A DNA stretch of 22,458 bases from Chiloscyllium plagiosum (GCF_004010195.1 NW_025215371.1:124001-146458), one strand, 5' to 3'; positions 9,130 through 20,858 are shown, numbered from the stretch's first letter. The notes: generated by a model from the sequence alone, not told the origin. Translations and numbers: made by a program.

Positions 9130-10790
9130 ACATTAACAGGAGTTATAAGAGTGAACTGTCAATAGGAAAGGTTAGAGAAAACAGGTGCAGCTTCCATATA
9201 GTCTGAAACCAGAGAATGGAGAATATAGAACAGGGAAATAGCAGAACTATGGATAAACTACTTCAGTTATATCTTCACAGAAGAAATCAAACGAAAAAAG
9301 AATCTTCCCAGTAAGACTAGAAAACATAACCCTGGAGAGAGAAAAGAAGAATAGAATGAAGTTTGTAAATAAACGATTTGCGATGAACCTGTTCGTATTG
9401 CAAGTAACGGATATAGACAAAGTCAACATAGATTTATGAAGTCGGGATCATCTTTGAGAAACTGACTGCCCGATACATTATGGAGAAGAATGGGTGCAGT
9501 GCATTTGGGTTTTCAGAAAGATTTTTGTTAAAGTCCCAAGCCTAGTGTGCAAAATCAAACTTTGTTGGAATGGAGCTAATACATGAACATGGTTTTAGAA
9601 TGAGAGAGCTGACAGGAAACGGAGTATAGGATTAAAAGGATTATGTTTTGAAATAGAAGTATGTGGGGTATCACAGTGATCAGTCCTTGAGTCCCAGCTA
9701 CTCCCAATTGATCTCAAACACTTAATTGAGTGAATCAAACGCAGTATTCCCAAACCTGCTGATGGTACTGATTGATGTTGGATTGTGAGTGGGTGAGGAG
9801 GGTGTAAAACATCTTCAAGGATATTGCGACAAGTGGATTGAATGGGCAAATACAGGCAGATGATGAGCAATTTGTTTAGATGTGCTGCTGTGTACTTTGG
9901 TGAGAACAGTAGAACGGAAGCCTACCATTTGAAAAGGGATTGGCTAAACATGCTTATTGAAAAAGGGAATTATGATCTGTTTTCGTTTCCTTTTGTCTAG
10001 AACTCTGAGGTCTATGCAGGGTAGTGTGTTCTGAAGCCAGAAGTCAGTACCGGGAATGGCATTGGCACACTTCCCAGTTGATATCGACCCAAGTGGGTAG
10101 ATGTAACATTGTAAATGACATGTCTCTCCCTGTACACCAAGCACTGAAAGCAACATTGCAGGAACAGAAAGCAGTTAGGAAGGTAAATGGTGTGTTGACC
10201 TTCGTTTCAACGGGATTTGAGTACATGAGTAACGGTGACTTGCTGCAGCTGTACAGGGCCTTGTTGAGGCAACATGTCCAACATTGTGCAGAATTATGTG
10301 CAGTTTTGGTCTCCTTACCTAATAAAGGACAAACCTAACATTGAATGAATGCATCAAAGGATGACTGGACTGATCTCTGGGATGACAGGCTTGTTGTGGG
10401 AGCAGAGTTTTGGGTGACTGGGGCTGTATTTCATGAAAATGACTGGAGATCTCAGTAAAATATATAAAACTCTGACAGGGCGACACAGGTTAGAGAGAGG
10501 GATGATAGTGTTACTGGAACATCTCAAACAAGAGGCCACAGTATTAGGTACAGGCAGGTCACTCTGTATTGATGTGACAATAAATGTCTGCACTTAGAGA
10601 CTGGTGATCCTGGAAAATTCTCTCCCACATAAGTTTGTGGAATCCGAATGTAAAAAAAACACTTCTATACATTGGAGGGAGAGAGCAGGAGTATGGTGTG
10701 GAGATAGAGCATCAGCTATCAGTTTGGAATTTGGTGGAAAATTAATGGTTCAAAGAGATCAATGCAGTTTCTATTTTATATTGTTACGCG
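9130..10790 (+). mobile_element. Highly decayed CR1 LINE ORF2 with multiple deletions
   Basis: NREIAELWINYFSYIFTEE, 'gggttttcagaaagatttt' (DFQKAF-like), LKATLQEQKAVRKVNGVLTFVSTGFEYMSNGDLLQLYRALLRQH, followed by 3'UTR-like sequence. Confidence 0.75.
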
Positions 10791-11059
10791 GGTTAATCAA
10801 TTTAAGGTGTATGTACATTGTGTGGGTAAAGTGCATTGAGGTGATATACTCACATAAACCCTCACATCGGGAAGGCTCCATGTTTTGAATGACAACACCA
10901 ATGTTTCTGTGCAGTCTGCGGGAAAGCTTTACATATATTGTCACAAGCTCTCAGATGTGAGGAATGAGGTATCGGCGAGTCTACAGGACTCTTTTTCCCA
11001 TTCCATTTTCCGACGATGATTTCGGGTGTTCTGACCGGTTTTATCTTTTAAGATATCGG

Positions 11060-11360
11060 AGCAGTTTGATACAACTAAGTGATTTCTTGGCTGGTTCGTA
11101 CACAATTGAAGAGTTTATTACATGTCTGTGTGTCCAGTGTCACTTTCAGGCCAGGCCAGGAAGGCCTGGGAGATTTTCTTCCTCAAAGTACTTTGGCGAA
11201 ACAAATTGGTGTTTACAATAGGCATTGGCTTCAATGTCACGTCAGGTTAATGTATCCAGATTTTAGAACTCGCTATTTAATGCATTGTTTTTAACTTCTA
11301 CCAGCTGCCAGAGCATTACCATGGTCTGGATTAGTAATTTTGTGACATTTCCACATCAGA
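11060..11360 (-). mobile_element. Degenerate tRNA-derived SINE of shark type (B-box region apparently deleted)
   Basis: Minus strand 'gtggaaatgtcac...ctaatccaga...taatgctctgg/cagctggtagaa...aaaatctgga...ctttgaggaagaaaatc...cctggcctggcct...gtgacac...actctt' follows the recalled layout of a common elasmobranch SINE. Recognised from memory only. Confidence 0.5.
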
Positions 11361-11374
11361 ACAATCTCCACATA

Positions 11375-12260
11375 GGGACGAATCGGAAATCACGCTGAGC
11401 TGGTTATTTCTGTGCTGCTTGGCAGCTCTGTCAAAAAGAACTCCCACCAATTTGATTATCGTGATGCGATTGAGGGTGTGGTAATCGGTTAGATTGTAAT
11501 TATTCTCCTCTTAGGGAACGTTGTATAGTTGAGTAATTTTCCACATTGCTAGATAGATGTCAGAGTTAAAGCTGGAATGAAGCAGGATCCCCAGGGACAC
11601 TGCTTGTTGTGCAGCACAGGTCTTCAGTCCTTTTGCAGGAATGGTGTGAGGGCCCATCGTCTTTGTCATATCCACTGTGTTCAACTGTTCATGTCACGTG
11701 CAGCGAATCAAATTAGTTGAAGATGGGCATCTGTGATTCTGTGGGCATCATGGCGAGGGTGAGTTGGATAGTCCGAATGAACACTTCTGTCTGAAGATGT
11801 GAACAGTCCACATCCTTGTCCTTTACACTGATGTACAGGACTGTTCCATTATTTAAGATAGGGATATTTGTGGAACCATCTCCTGCAGTAAGTTGTTTAT
11901 TCGCCCATGAGCATTTGTGACTAAATGTGGCAGGAATGCAGAGCTTCGCTCTGATCTGTTGGACTTGGGATCATTTGGTCTGCACTTGCCACATCAGCAG
12001 CCAAATGAGCTCGCTGGAACGGGTTATCATCAGGTTTCTGTGCACATGGCTCTGACCCTGGCATGTTCACTCACACTCCTTACTGATCGGCTTGAGAGTA
12101 ATGGTAGACTGAGGGATGATCCCGGGCAAAATGTTACAGATTGTGGTCGAGTACAGTTCTGCTGCTGCTGCAATGGTCTACATTGCTACATCAATGTTAG
12201 GAATTATCTTTACAAAGTAAGACGACCTCGATGTTTGCAGAGGGTTTTCAAGCGAGAAAT
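11375..12260 (-). mobile_element. Decayed LINE fragment of a different CR1/L2-group family (linker and RT start)
   Basis: Minus strand: TVDMTKTMGPHTIPAKGLKTCAAQQAVSLGILLHSSFNSDIYLAMWKITQL resembles LDTAKAMGPDNIPAIVLKTCAPELAAPLAKLFQYSYNTGIYPTMWKIAQV. Confidence 0.75.
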
Positions 12261-13192
12261 GAATTGAGGACAACAAAGGATTGGCGATGAAAGAAGAGTT
12301 TTAAAGGCAGAGAGTCGTAGAGTCATACAATATGCAAACATACCCTCGCTTCAACTTGTTCGTGCGCACCAGGTTTCCTATACTGAACTAAGCCTATCTG
12401 ACTGAGTTTGGCACATATCCCTCTTCACCTTGATATTCATGTTCACATCCAATTGCCTTTTAAATGTTGTAATTGTATACCCCTGTGCCATTTTCACATA
12501 TACAACATGGTCTGTGTGAAATATTTACCTCTTAGATCCCATTTAAATTTCTCCAATCTCACTTTTAACCTGTGCCCTTTGGGTCTGGACTCCCCTTCGC
12601 TGGGGAACAGACATTGGCTGCTCACCCTATCCATACCTCTGATTATTTCGTTCCCCTGCATAAGGTCATCCGCAGCCTCCTTCGCAAAAGGGGAGACATT
12701 CCCAGCCTATCCCAGCTGTCCTTATATCTCAAATCCTCCAGTCTTCGTCACATCATTTTAAATATTTTGCACCCTTTCCAGTTTATAACATCCTTCACGT
12801 TGCAGAGCGAAAGGAGTTGTGCTCAGTACTCCAAATGTGGACTTATCATTCTCTTGTAAGCCACAGCATTTCCCAATTCCTGTACTCAGTGCTTTGACTG
12901 ATGAAGGTAAGTGTGCCTCCGGCTTTCTACAACGCCCTGTCAACCGGCAAATCCACTTCCAAGGAACTATCTACCCGCACTCCTGGATCTCTCTGAATGA
13001 CAACACTCTCCAGTGCCCTGGTTTGTATACCAAAATGCAACACGTCACATTTATCTGCATGAAGCTCCATCTGCCAAACCTCAGCCCACTGACACAGTTG
13101 ATTATGATCTTATTTTCATTTAGTATCCTTCTTCACTGTCCATCATACCAGCAATTCTAGCATAGTGTACAAACTTACTTCGTATATTCTCA

Positions 13193-13262
13193 GAGGAGAA
13201 AGTGAGGTCTGCAGATGCTGGAGATCAAAGATGAAACTTTATTGCTGGAACAGCACAGCAGA
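13193..13262. mobile_element. Penelope-like terminal fragment replacing the PQGS region of CR1 'C'
   Basis: 'agtgaggtctgcagatgctggagatcaaag...tgctggaacagcacagcag' is similar to the outer end of the arms at 2808 and 3209. Confidence 0.55.
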
Positions 13263-13702
13263 CAGCAAATATCTCCAACCACCCTCTGTCTCCTCCAGTC
13301 AAGCCAATTTTGTATCTAATTGGCTCGCTTTCCCTGATCCCCTGTGGTCCAACCTATCATGTGGAACCTTGTTGTGTCTCACAAAGGTCCACCTCGATAA
13401 GGCATGCTGCTTTACCTTAATTGATCTTCCCAATCACCTCTTGAAACATTTCACTCAAGCTTGTGAGACACAATTTCGCACACACAAAGCCGTAGTCGCT
13501 ATCCAAGATCAGTCCTTTCCTTTCGAAATGCATTTAGATTTGTCTTTCAGAATCTCCTCCGAAATTTTACGCACCCCTCACATCAGATTCGCCAGTCTGT
13601 AGTTCCCTGGTTCTTTGCAGCTTTTTTTCGAAATAATATTGCAATATTAGCTGTCTTCCACTCTTCCAGTGCCTCAGCCTGTCAATCACACCTGTCAATC
13701 GG

Positions 13703-13772
13703 GAACAACAGCCAGAAAGCTCTGGGAAAGATCAGCAGGTCAGGCAGCAGCTGTGCAGATAAATCACAATTA
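13703..13772. mobile_element. Penelope-like terminal fragment inside CR1 'C'
   Basis: 'ctgggaaagatcagcaggtcaggcagcagctgtgcagataaatcaca' carries the same terminus motif as 437-545. Confidence 0.5.
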
Positions 13773-14032
13773 CATGATACGTGATACAAATATCCCAACA
13801 AGGAGACACCCAGTTTCTTCCGCAGCTTCCCACAACGATCTTGGATACACTTGAACAGATCTTGGTATTTATTATTGATTATGCATTTTCAGACCTCCAG
13901 CATTTCTTCTTCTGTAATATGGCCTCGTTTCAAAACATCACTACATGGATCTTTCACCCAATGTCCCTGACTTCCATACCTTTCTCCACAGGAAATACGG
14001 ACGTGATAGATTCAGATGGGACCTCACCCATC

Positions 14033-14366
14033 CATCAGGATCAAGCTGTAAGGCAGCAGAGTGGGGGGTGTGGCTTGGGGGGAGGTCGAGTCCTTGTGAG
14101 AAGTTTGAATCCAGCATGGCCAGGCACTTGTGGACTGTGTTGTTGAACGGTCAACTATGTTTCTGTGTTTTTCCAGCTTTATAGGAAGGGCTGTAATTTT
14201 TCATGTTTTAACTCTGTTTCCTTTACTTTTTTTGCTTTGTATCATGACTCTGCACCTTGCGGGTAAGGGGGACTTTGTACATAAGATTGCATCACACGTG
14301 GAGACTTGTAATATTGAATCTATCGTCATGTGAGGTCATGCGACAATAAACCTAGTAAACCTAATT
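14033..14366 (+). mobile_element. Unclassified retroposon 3' fragment inserted in CR1 'C'
   Basis: Interrupts colinear CR1 sequence. Ends in gacAATAAAcctagtaaacctaatt. Flanked by catc at 14029-14032 and 14367-14370. Confidence 0.5.
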
Positions 14367-15016
14367 CATCGCCTGTGGAACCACACATGGATAGTTGCTT
14401 GATTTTTTTAGGGGCCCTATTTTCTCCCTCGGTTCACTTTTGCCGTCAATATGCTTGTAAAATCTCTTTCCATTCTCCTTAACCTTACCAGCCAAAGCTA
14501 TCTCACGCCCACTTTTGGCCCTCCTGATTTCCCTTGTAAGTGTTCCCTACACCCCGTATGCTCAAGGGATTCACTCGATCCCAGCTACCTAAACCTGACA
14601 TACCCCTTCTTCTTTATCAATGAGCAGAGCCTCAATATCGGCTGTCATGTCCTATTCCCTACTCCTGTGAGCATTGCATTTCACATTAACAGGAACATGA
14701 TGTCCCTGAACTCTCATTAGCTCATGTTTCAAAGGCCCGTATGTGTCAGATGTCCCTTTATCTGTGAACAACATGCCCCAATCATCGTTTGAAAGTTCCT
14801 GCCTGATACCTTCACAATTGGCCTTATCTCAATGTATAACGTTAACATGTGGACCAGACCTATCTTTTTCCAGAGCTATGTACAAACTCATAGAATTGTG
14901 GTCACTGGTCCCAAAGTGCTTCCACTCTCACAGCTCAGTCACTTGCCCTGCCTTATTTCCCTAGACGTAATAAAGGTGAGGCCAGTATGAGGGACTGAAT
15001 GTCTGAATGAGGGAAT

Positions 15017-15135
15017 TTGTGTATTTGTGTCTCTGTGTATTTATGGTTTTGTGTGTGTGTGAGTCTGTGTTTGAATGTGTTTGTGTATGTGTACGTTGCT
15101 TTACTAACATGCATATCTCTGCATCTGTGTATCTG
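15017..15135. repeat. Degenerate (TG)n microsatellite
   Basis: Visible runs such as gtgtgtgtgtgagtctgtgtttgaatgtgtttgtgtatgtgt. Confidence 0.85.
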
Positions 15136-15532
15136 AGCATTTGGGTTTCTTTTGTTTTGGGAGTGAATCCACTGAAATGAGGATCAAAGTATCCCTCCTC
15201 ACCTACTCACTCTCTGTCTCTCCCTCTTGTGTTGTTGATGTTGATGTTGACCCATCTTCTGCTGCACCCCGCCCCCCCCCCCCCAACCCCATGCCACTTC
15301 ATAAGCAGCAGCTTTATTTGGAAAAGGCATCAAAGACCGTGACTCCCTCACATTTGAATTGAAATGGCTTCATTGTGTCGTGCACACGAATGAATGCAGT
15401 GGAATGTTTGCAAGGTTTTCATTTGCGGTAGCCATCTTAGGTACAAGATACAAGATATTCTGAAGTATTTCGTATAAATTTGGAAGAATCACAACTCAAA
15501 GTCCCTCTGAATAATAAAAAGGAAAACAAAAT

Positions 15533-18500
15533 GGCCCTATCTCCAGACCACACCTGGCCACGCCTCCAGACCCCATTGGGCTCAGTCTCCAGACTGCAAA
15601 GGGCACAGTCTCCACACCACGCCAGACTCAGTCGCCAGACCATGCTTGGCCCCTTTTCCGGACTGCACTAGGCCCAGTCTCCAAACCGCAAAGGGCACAA
15701 CTCCACACCACCCCAGACTCAGTCTCCAGACCATGCTGGGCCCAGTCTCCAGACTGCACCAGGCTCAATCTCCACAGCATACTCGGCCCAGTCTCTAGGC
15801 CGCACCGGGTCCAGTCGCCAGGCGGCACTGTGCCCAGTCTTCAGACCACGCCGGGCGCAGTCTCCAGACTGCACTTGGCCCAGTCTCCAGACCGCACCGT
15901 GCCTAGTCTCCTGACAGCACAGGACTCAGTCTCCACACTGCACTCGGCCAAGTCTCCAGACTGTACCGGGTCCAGTCTCCAGACCGCACCAGGCCAAGTC
16001 TCCAGACTGTACCGGGTCCAGTCTCCGGACCATGCTGAGCCCAATCTCCAGGATGCACTGGGCCGAGCCTCCAGGCCACACTGTGCCCAGTTTCAGAATG
16101 CGCTGCGTCTAGTCTCCAGGCCTCACCAGGCCCAGTTTCCAGGTCACACCAGGCCCTGTATTCAGACTGCGTTGGGCCCAGTCTCTAGGCCATGTCGGGT
16201 CCGTCTCCAGGCCACAGTGGGCCATATGTGTTACCACACGGGTCCGTCTCCAGTCCACTACGAAGCAAGTCTCCAGATCGCACCGGGCTCAGTATCGAGA
16301 CCATGCGGCACCAATTCTCCAGACGGCGCGTGCCCAGTGTCCTGGCCACACCTGGCCCAAACTCCAGATCATACTGGGCTTGGTCTGTAGGTCAAACAGG
16401 GCAAGTCTCCAGGCCACACTGGGCCCAGTCTTCGGACCACACTGGGCTCAGTTTCCAGGCCTCACTAGGCCCAGTTTCCAGGCCACACCAAGCCCTGTCT
16501 TCAGACTGCATCGGTCCCAATCTGTGGGCCATGTCGTGTCCAGTCTTCAGGCCACATTGGGCTCTGTCTCTTACCACAGTGGGCCCAATCTCCAGAATGT
16601 AGCAGGCTCAATCTCCTCAGCACACAAGACTGCACCGGGCCCACTTGGCCCAGTCTCCAGACTACGCCGACTCAGTCTCCAGACGGCACCATGCCCAGTC
16701 TCCCAGCCACACACGGACCAGTCTCCAGACCACGCTGAAACCAGTCTCCAGGCCACACCAGGTACAGTCTGCAGACTGCACCGTCCCCAATCTCCAGACA
16801 GAACCTGGCCCAGTTTCGAAACTGCAACGAGCTCAGTCACCAGACTGCACCGGGCTCAATCTCCAGACTACGCCAAGCTCACTCTCCCTATAAGACCAGA
16901 CTCAGTCTCCACACTTCAGTGAGCCCAGTCTCCAGGCTGCACTGGGCCGACACTTCTGATTATGCCATGTACAGCTGCCTGGCCACGCTTGGCTCAGTCC
17001 AATGGACGCATCGGACCCAGTCTCCAGGCCGCATCAGGCCGAGTTTGCAGGAGTACAGGGCCCAGTCTCCACAGCGCTCTGGGCCCAGTCTGCAGAACAC
17101 ACCAGACCCATTCTGCATGACACACCGGGGAAAGTCTCAACACTGCACCAGACACAGTCTCCAGGCTGCACAGGGCCCAGTCTCCAAGTTGCATACGGCC
17201 CAGTTTCCAGACCACGCCAGGTCCAGTCTCCAGGCCATACCGGGGCTAGTCTCCAGGCCACAACGGGCTCAGTCTCAAGGCCACCTGGGTCTAGTCTCCA
17301 GACGGTGCTGTGCCCAGTCTCCTAGGTGCACCGCGCCCAATGTCCAGACATCACCGGGACCAGTGTCCAGACTGCACTGGGCTGAGTCACCAGACTGCGC
17401 CTGGCACAATCTCCAGACAGCACGGGGCTCTGTCTCCAGAATCTCCACTCCACTACGGGTCAAGTCTCCAGACCTCAGTAGGCTCAGTCCAGGGCACAGT
17501 GGGCTCAGATTCAAGACCACGCTGGGCCAAGTTTCCAGATGACGCCATGCCTAGTGCCCCAGCCATACCCGGCTCAATCTCCATACCATGCTGGTACTGG
17601 TCTTCAGGTCGAACAGGGCATGTCTACACAGTACGCCGGGAACCGTGTCCACACCACATCAGGTCCATTCTCCAGACCACATTGGGCCCAGTCTCCAGGC
17701 TGACCAGGCATAGACTTCAGACTGGGCACAGTTGCCAGACCACGCAGGGCCCAGACCCCAGGCCGCACCGGGAGTGCAGACCGTACTTAACCCAGTCTCC
17801 ACATCGCTCTGGTCCCAGTCTCCAGTCCACGCCAGGTCCCATCTACAGGACACACCGGGCCAAGTCTCCAGACTGCACCAGGCAGAGGATACACGCCACA
17901 CCGGGCCCAGTGTTCAGACCATCCCTGGGCCCAATCTCCAGACTGCACTGGGTTCAGTCGCCTGACCACACCAGACTCAATCTCCAAATTGTGGTTGGCT
18001 CATTCTTCAGATCGCACCATGCCTAGTCTCCTGACCATACCAGACCCAGTCTCCACAATGCGCTGGGCTCATTCTCCTGACCGCACCCAGCCGAGTCTCC
18101 AGGCCATGCTGCGCCCAGTTTCCAAGCCAAATTGAGACCAGCCCCCAGGCTACGCCAGACCCAATGTCTTGGCTGTAATGGGCTCAGTCTTTAGACTGCA
18201 CTGGGCCTGATCTCCGGACCACGCTTTGCAGAGTCTCTAGGATGTAGTGATCCCAGTCTCCAGGCCAGACTGAGTCCAGTCTCCAGGCCACCCCAGGCCC
18301 AAACTCCAGGCCGCACCTGCCTCAGTCTCCAGACTGCATCCGACTCAGTCTCCAGACTAAACTAGGCTCAGTTTCTACAGTATAGCAGTCTCAGTCTCCA
18401 GAATGCACTGGACTCAGTCTTCACAGCACAGCTGACTTAGTCTCCAGGCTACACCACAACAAGTCTCCAGTCCACGCCGGGACCAATCTCTAGGCTGCAC

Positions 18501-19130
18501 CGGACCAGTCTCCAACATGCGGTGGCAGCAGTATCCAGAACACGGCAGGCCCAGTCTCTAGGCACCACTGGGGCCAGTCTCTAGACTGCACTGGGCACAG
18601 TCTCCAGGCCACACCGGGCCCAGTCTCCAGGCCACACCGGGCCCAGCGTCCAGGCTGCACTGGGCCCAGTTCCAACAGCAATCTGCCTAATCATCAGACT
18701 GCACTATGCCCAGTCTCCAGTCTGCACCGGGCCCAGTTTCCAGGCCATACTCGGCACAGTCTCCAGGTGTACCAGGCCCACTCTCTAGACCACACCGGTC
18801 CCAGTCTCCAACCGCAATCTGCCCAGTCATCAGACCATATCGGGCCCAGTCTCCAGACTGCACTAGGCCCAGTCTGCAGACTGCACCGGGGACAGTCTCC
18901 AGAATGCACTGGGCCCAGTCTCCAGACCACATGGAATCCAGTCTGCAGATAGCACTGATCACAGTCACCAGGACTCTGTCTGCAACCTGCACTGGGCCCA
19001 GTCACCAGGCTGCAATAGGCCTAACCTCCAGTCGTCACAGAGCCCAGTCTCCAGACTGCACCAGGCTGAGTCACCAGAGCACACATGACCCAATTTCAGG
19101 CCGCAGCAGACCCAGTCGCCAAACAGCACT
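15533..19130. repeat. 23-bp GC-rich minisatellite, ~3.6 kb (~155 diverged units); consensus about CAGTCTCCAGACTGCACYGGGCC
   Basis: 'cagtctccag' recurs every 23 bp, for example at 18847, 18870, 18893 and 18916. Confidence 0.97.
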
Positions 19131-19169
19131 GTGCTTTCAATTTCGAGGCCTCATCTCGCCACATGAGCC

Positions 19170-19842
19170 TCCATTCTGCGACTCCCCTCCTCCATTCCCT
19201 TCGGAGAAACTTTGAAAATTTAAAAGCTTGCGAAGAATAAAGCCCAGAATTAAGAACACAAAGGAGAGACACAATGTGCTTGCGAAGCAGAGGAGTTTCA
19301 GCTGGAACATTTATACCCTGTGCAAACTTCAGGTCACGTCACTCTTCTTTCCTTATTCACACCATGCCTTTGGAGACCCAGAGCAGTTTTATCTGTTTCA
19401 TTGCAATGTCCTCCATCAGGTATTAACAGTAGGAGATGAAAATGACCGTTGCTGGCTCGTATGCTGCCACTGGATTTGTTTAGGACTTTACAAACCGTTC
19501 TCACTGTAATTTGGAAGAGTGCAAAAACAACATTGAAAATTAGAGCAAGGGAAATGAAATTCATTTCAATCTCTTCCAAAGTGCTTTGTTCTCTTATCAG
19601 CAGCATATCTATCAAATATGTATATATAGCCGTCTTATGAGCACTTTTCCTTTCCACGTTTTGACAACAAAATTGTTGATAGTATTTTAATGGGTTATAA
19701 TTTATTTTATTAATAACTACAAGCTACTGAATAAGTACAAAGCAGTTCTGCGCCTAAATGGGTCTGCACCAAAATGGGCTGCGCCAAACCGGCTGCGCCG
19801 AATCGCTCGCACCAAAATGGCTGCGCCGAATGGTCCCACTCC
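19170..19842. mobile_element. Mutator-like (MULE) DNA transposon remnant: transposase fragments plus one terminus with short subterminal repeats
   Basis: Plus frame PPFPSEKL*KF...KPRIKNTKERHNVLAK...NIYTLCKLQ resembles MULE PPFPIELWN...LPRTNNSVEGWHNAFAK. Minus-strand YTYLIDMLL...EEIEMNF...VRTVC...ALGLQ resembles the MULE core. The terminus is six 14-16-bp 'ctgcgcc(a/g)aa(a)tgg' units ending 'gtcccactcc' (19747-19842). Confidence 0.55.
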
Positions 19843-19845
19843 AGA

Positions 19846-20666
19846 TCCGGGTTTATAGATTAGTGCACTGCTGTGGTTTGCATAGCTCGCCATCCTGAAT
19901 AGAATTTTAGTCCGGGTTTATAGATCAATGCATTTCTGTGGTCAGCATAACTCCGCATGTTGGACAGGTATTTATTGCGGATTTATTTATCAATTTACTG
20001 CTGTAGTCTGCATAGTTCCCTGTGCTGGACAGATATCTCGTCCACATTTTTAGAACAATGCATGCAGTGGTCTGCACAGTTCCCCGTTCTGGACAGATAT
20101 CTCGTCGTGGTTTATAGATCAATGAACTGCTGTCATCTGCCAGCGCCCTATACTGGACAGATACCAAGGCCGGGTTTATTGATCAATGCTCTGCTGTGAT
20201 CGGCACAGCTTCTCATTTTGAATAGATATCTGATCCGGGTTTATAGATTTGTGCACTGCTGTGGTCTGCATAGCTGCCTGGGTTGGATAGATATCAAGAC
20301 CGTGTTTATAGATCATTGCACTGCTGCGACCCCGTTCTGGACAGATAACTAGTCTGGGTTTATGGAACAATGCACTGCTGTGATCGCCAACGCTTCCCGT
20401 GTTGGTTAGGTATGTATTATTGATTTATGGATTAGTGCAATGCTGTGGTCTGAACAGCTCCCTGTGCTGGACAGATATCTGGTCCGGGTTTGGAGATAAG
20501 TGCATTGCTGTGGTCCGCAGATCCTCGTGCTGAAGAGGTAACTACTCCAGGTTTATAATACAATGCACTGCTGTGGTCTCCACAGATCCCTGTGCTGGAC
20601 AGATGCCTAGTCCGTGTTTATAGATCAGTGCAATGCTGTAATCTGCACAGCTCCCCGTGATGGACA
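19846..20666. repeat. 65-bp tandem array, 13 units; consensus about TCCGGGTTTATAGATCAATGCACTGCTGTGGTCTGCACAGCTCCCTGTGCTGGACAGATATCTAG
   Basis: Unit starts near 19846, 19911, 19976, 20041, 20105, 20169, 20234, 20299, 20353, 20418, 20483, 20546 and 20611. Confidence 0.95.
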
Positions 20667-20667
20667 C

Positions 20668-20858
20668 CTATAGAACATAGAACATAGAACAATACAGCAC
20701 AGAACAGGCCCTTCGGCCCACGATGTTGTGCCGAACATTTGTCCTAGCTTAAGCACCCATACATGTACCTATCCAATTGCCACTTAAAGTTCGCCAATGA
20801 TTCTGACTCTGCCACTCCCAAAGACAGCGCATTCTATGCCCCCACCACTCTCTGGGTA
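20668..20858 (-). mobile_element. Short CR1 3'-end fragment
   Basis: Tail (tagaaca)x3, 'gaacaggcccttcggccca' 3'UTR motif shared with element A, and minus-strand TQRVVGA*NAL. Confidence 0.9.

Larger units (their letters stand above)
12310..14965 (-). mobile_element. CR1 LINE 'C', 5'-truncated within the APE domain, decayed, with three small insertions
   Basis: Tail agagtcgtagagtcata at 12310-12326. C-terminus (KLERVQN), RT remnants (YRLANLM, 'gtggacctttg'), and the APE end LGNKAGQVTEL...HFGTSDHNS at ~14965-14890. Confidence 0.85.

Noticed and set aside
10900..10935. CAVCGKA, resembling a C2H2 zinc-finger start
   Set aside because: No correctly spaced His pair or TGEKP linker, and the frame has flanking stops.
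12408..14964. Cluster of plus-strand ORFs
   Set aside because: They are antisense to decayed CR1 C and have no independent protein motifs.
15225..15292. (GTTGAT)n and poly-C tract as a regulatory or G-quadruplex element
   Set aside because: Short low-complexity sequence with no supporting context.
15437..19215. Many overlapping Pro/Ser/Gln/Arg-rich ORFs up to 238 aa
   Set aside because: These are translations of a stop-poor 23-bp repeat. The unit is not a multiple of 3, and the same peptides appear in all frames.
15533..20666. CRISPR-like appearance of the palindromic 23-bp and 65-bp arrays
   Set aside because: Units are head-to-tail and homologous along their whole length. There are no unique spacers or cas genes, and the context is vertebrate.
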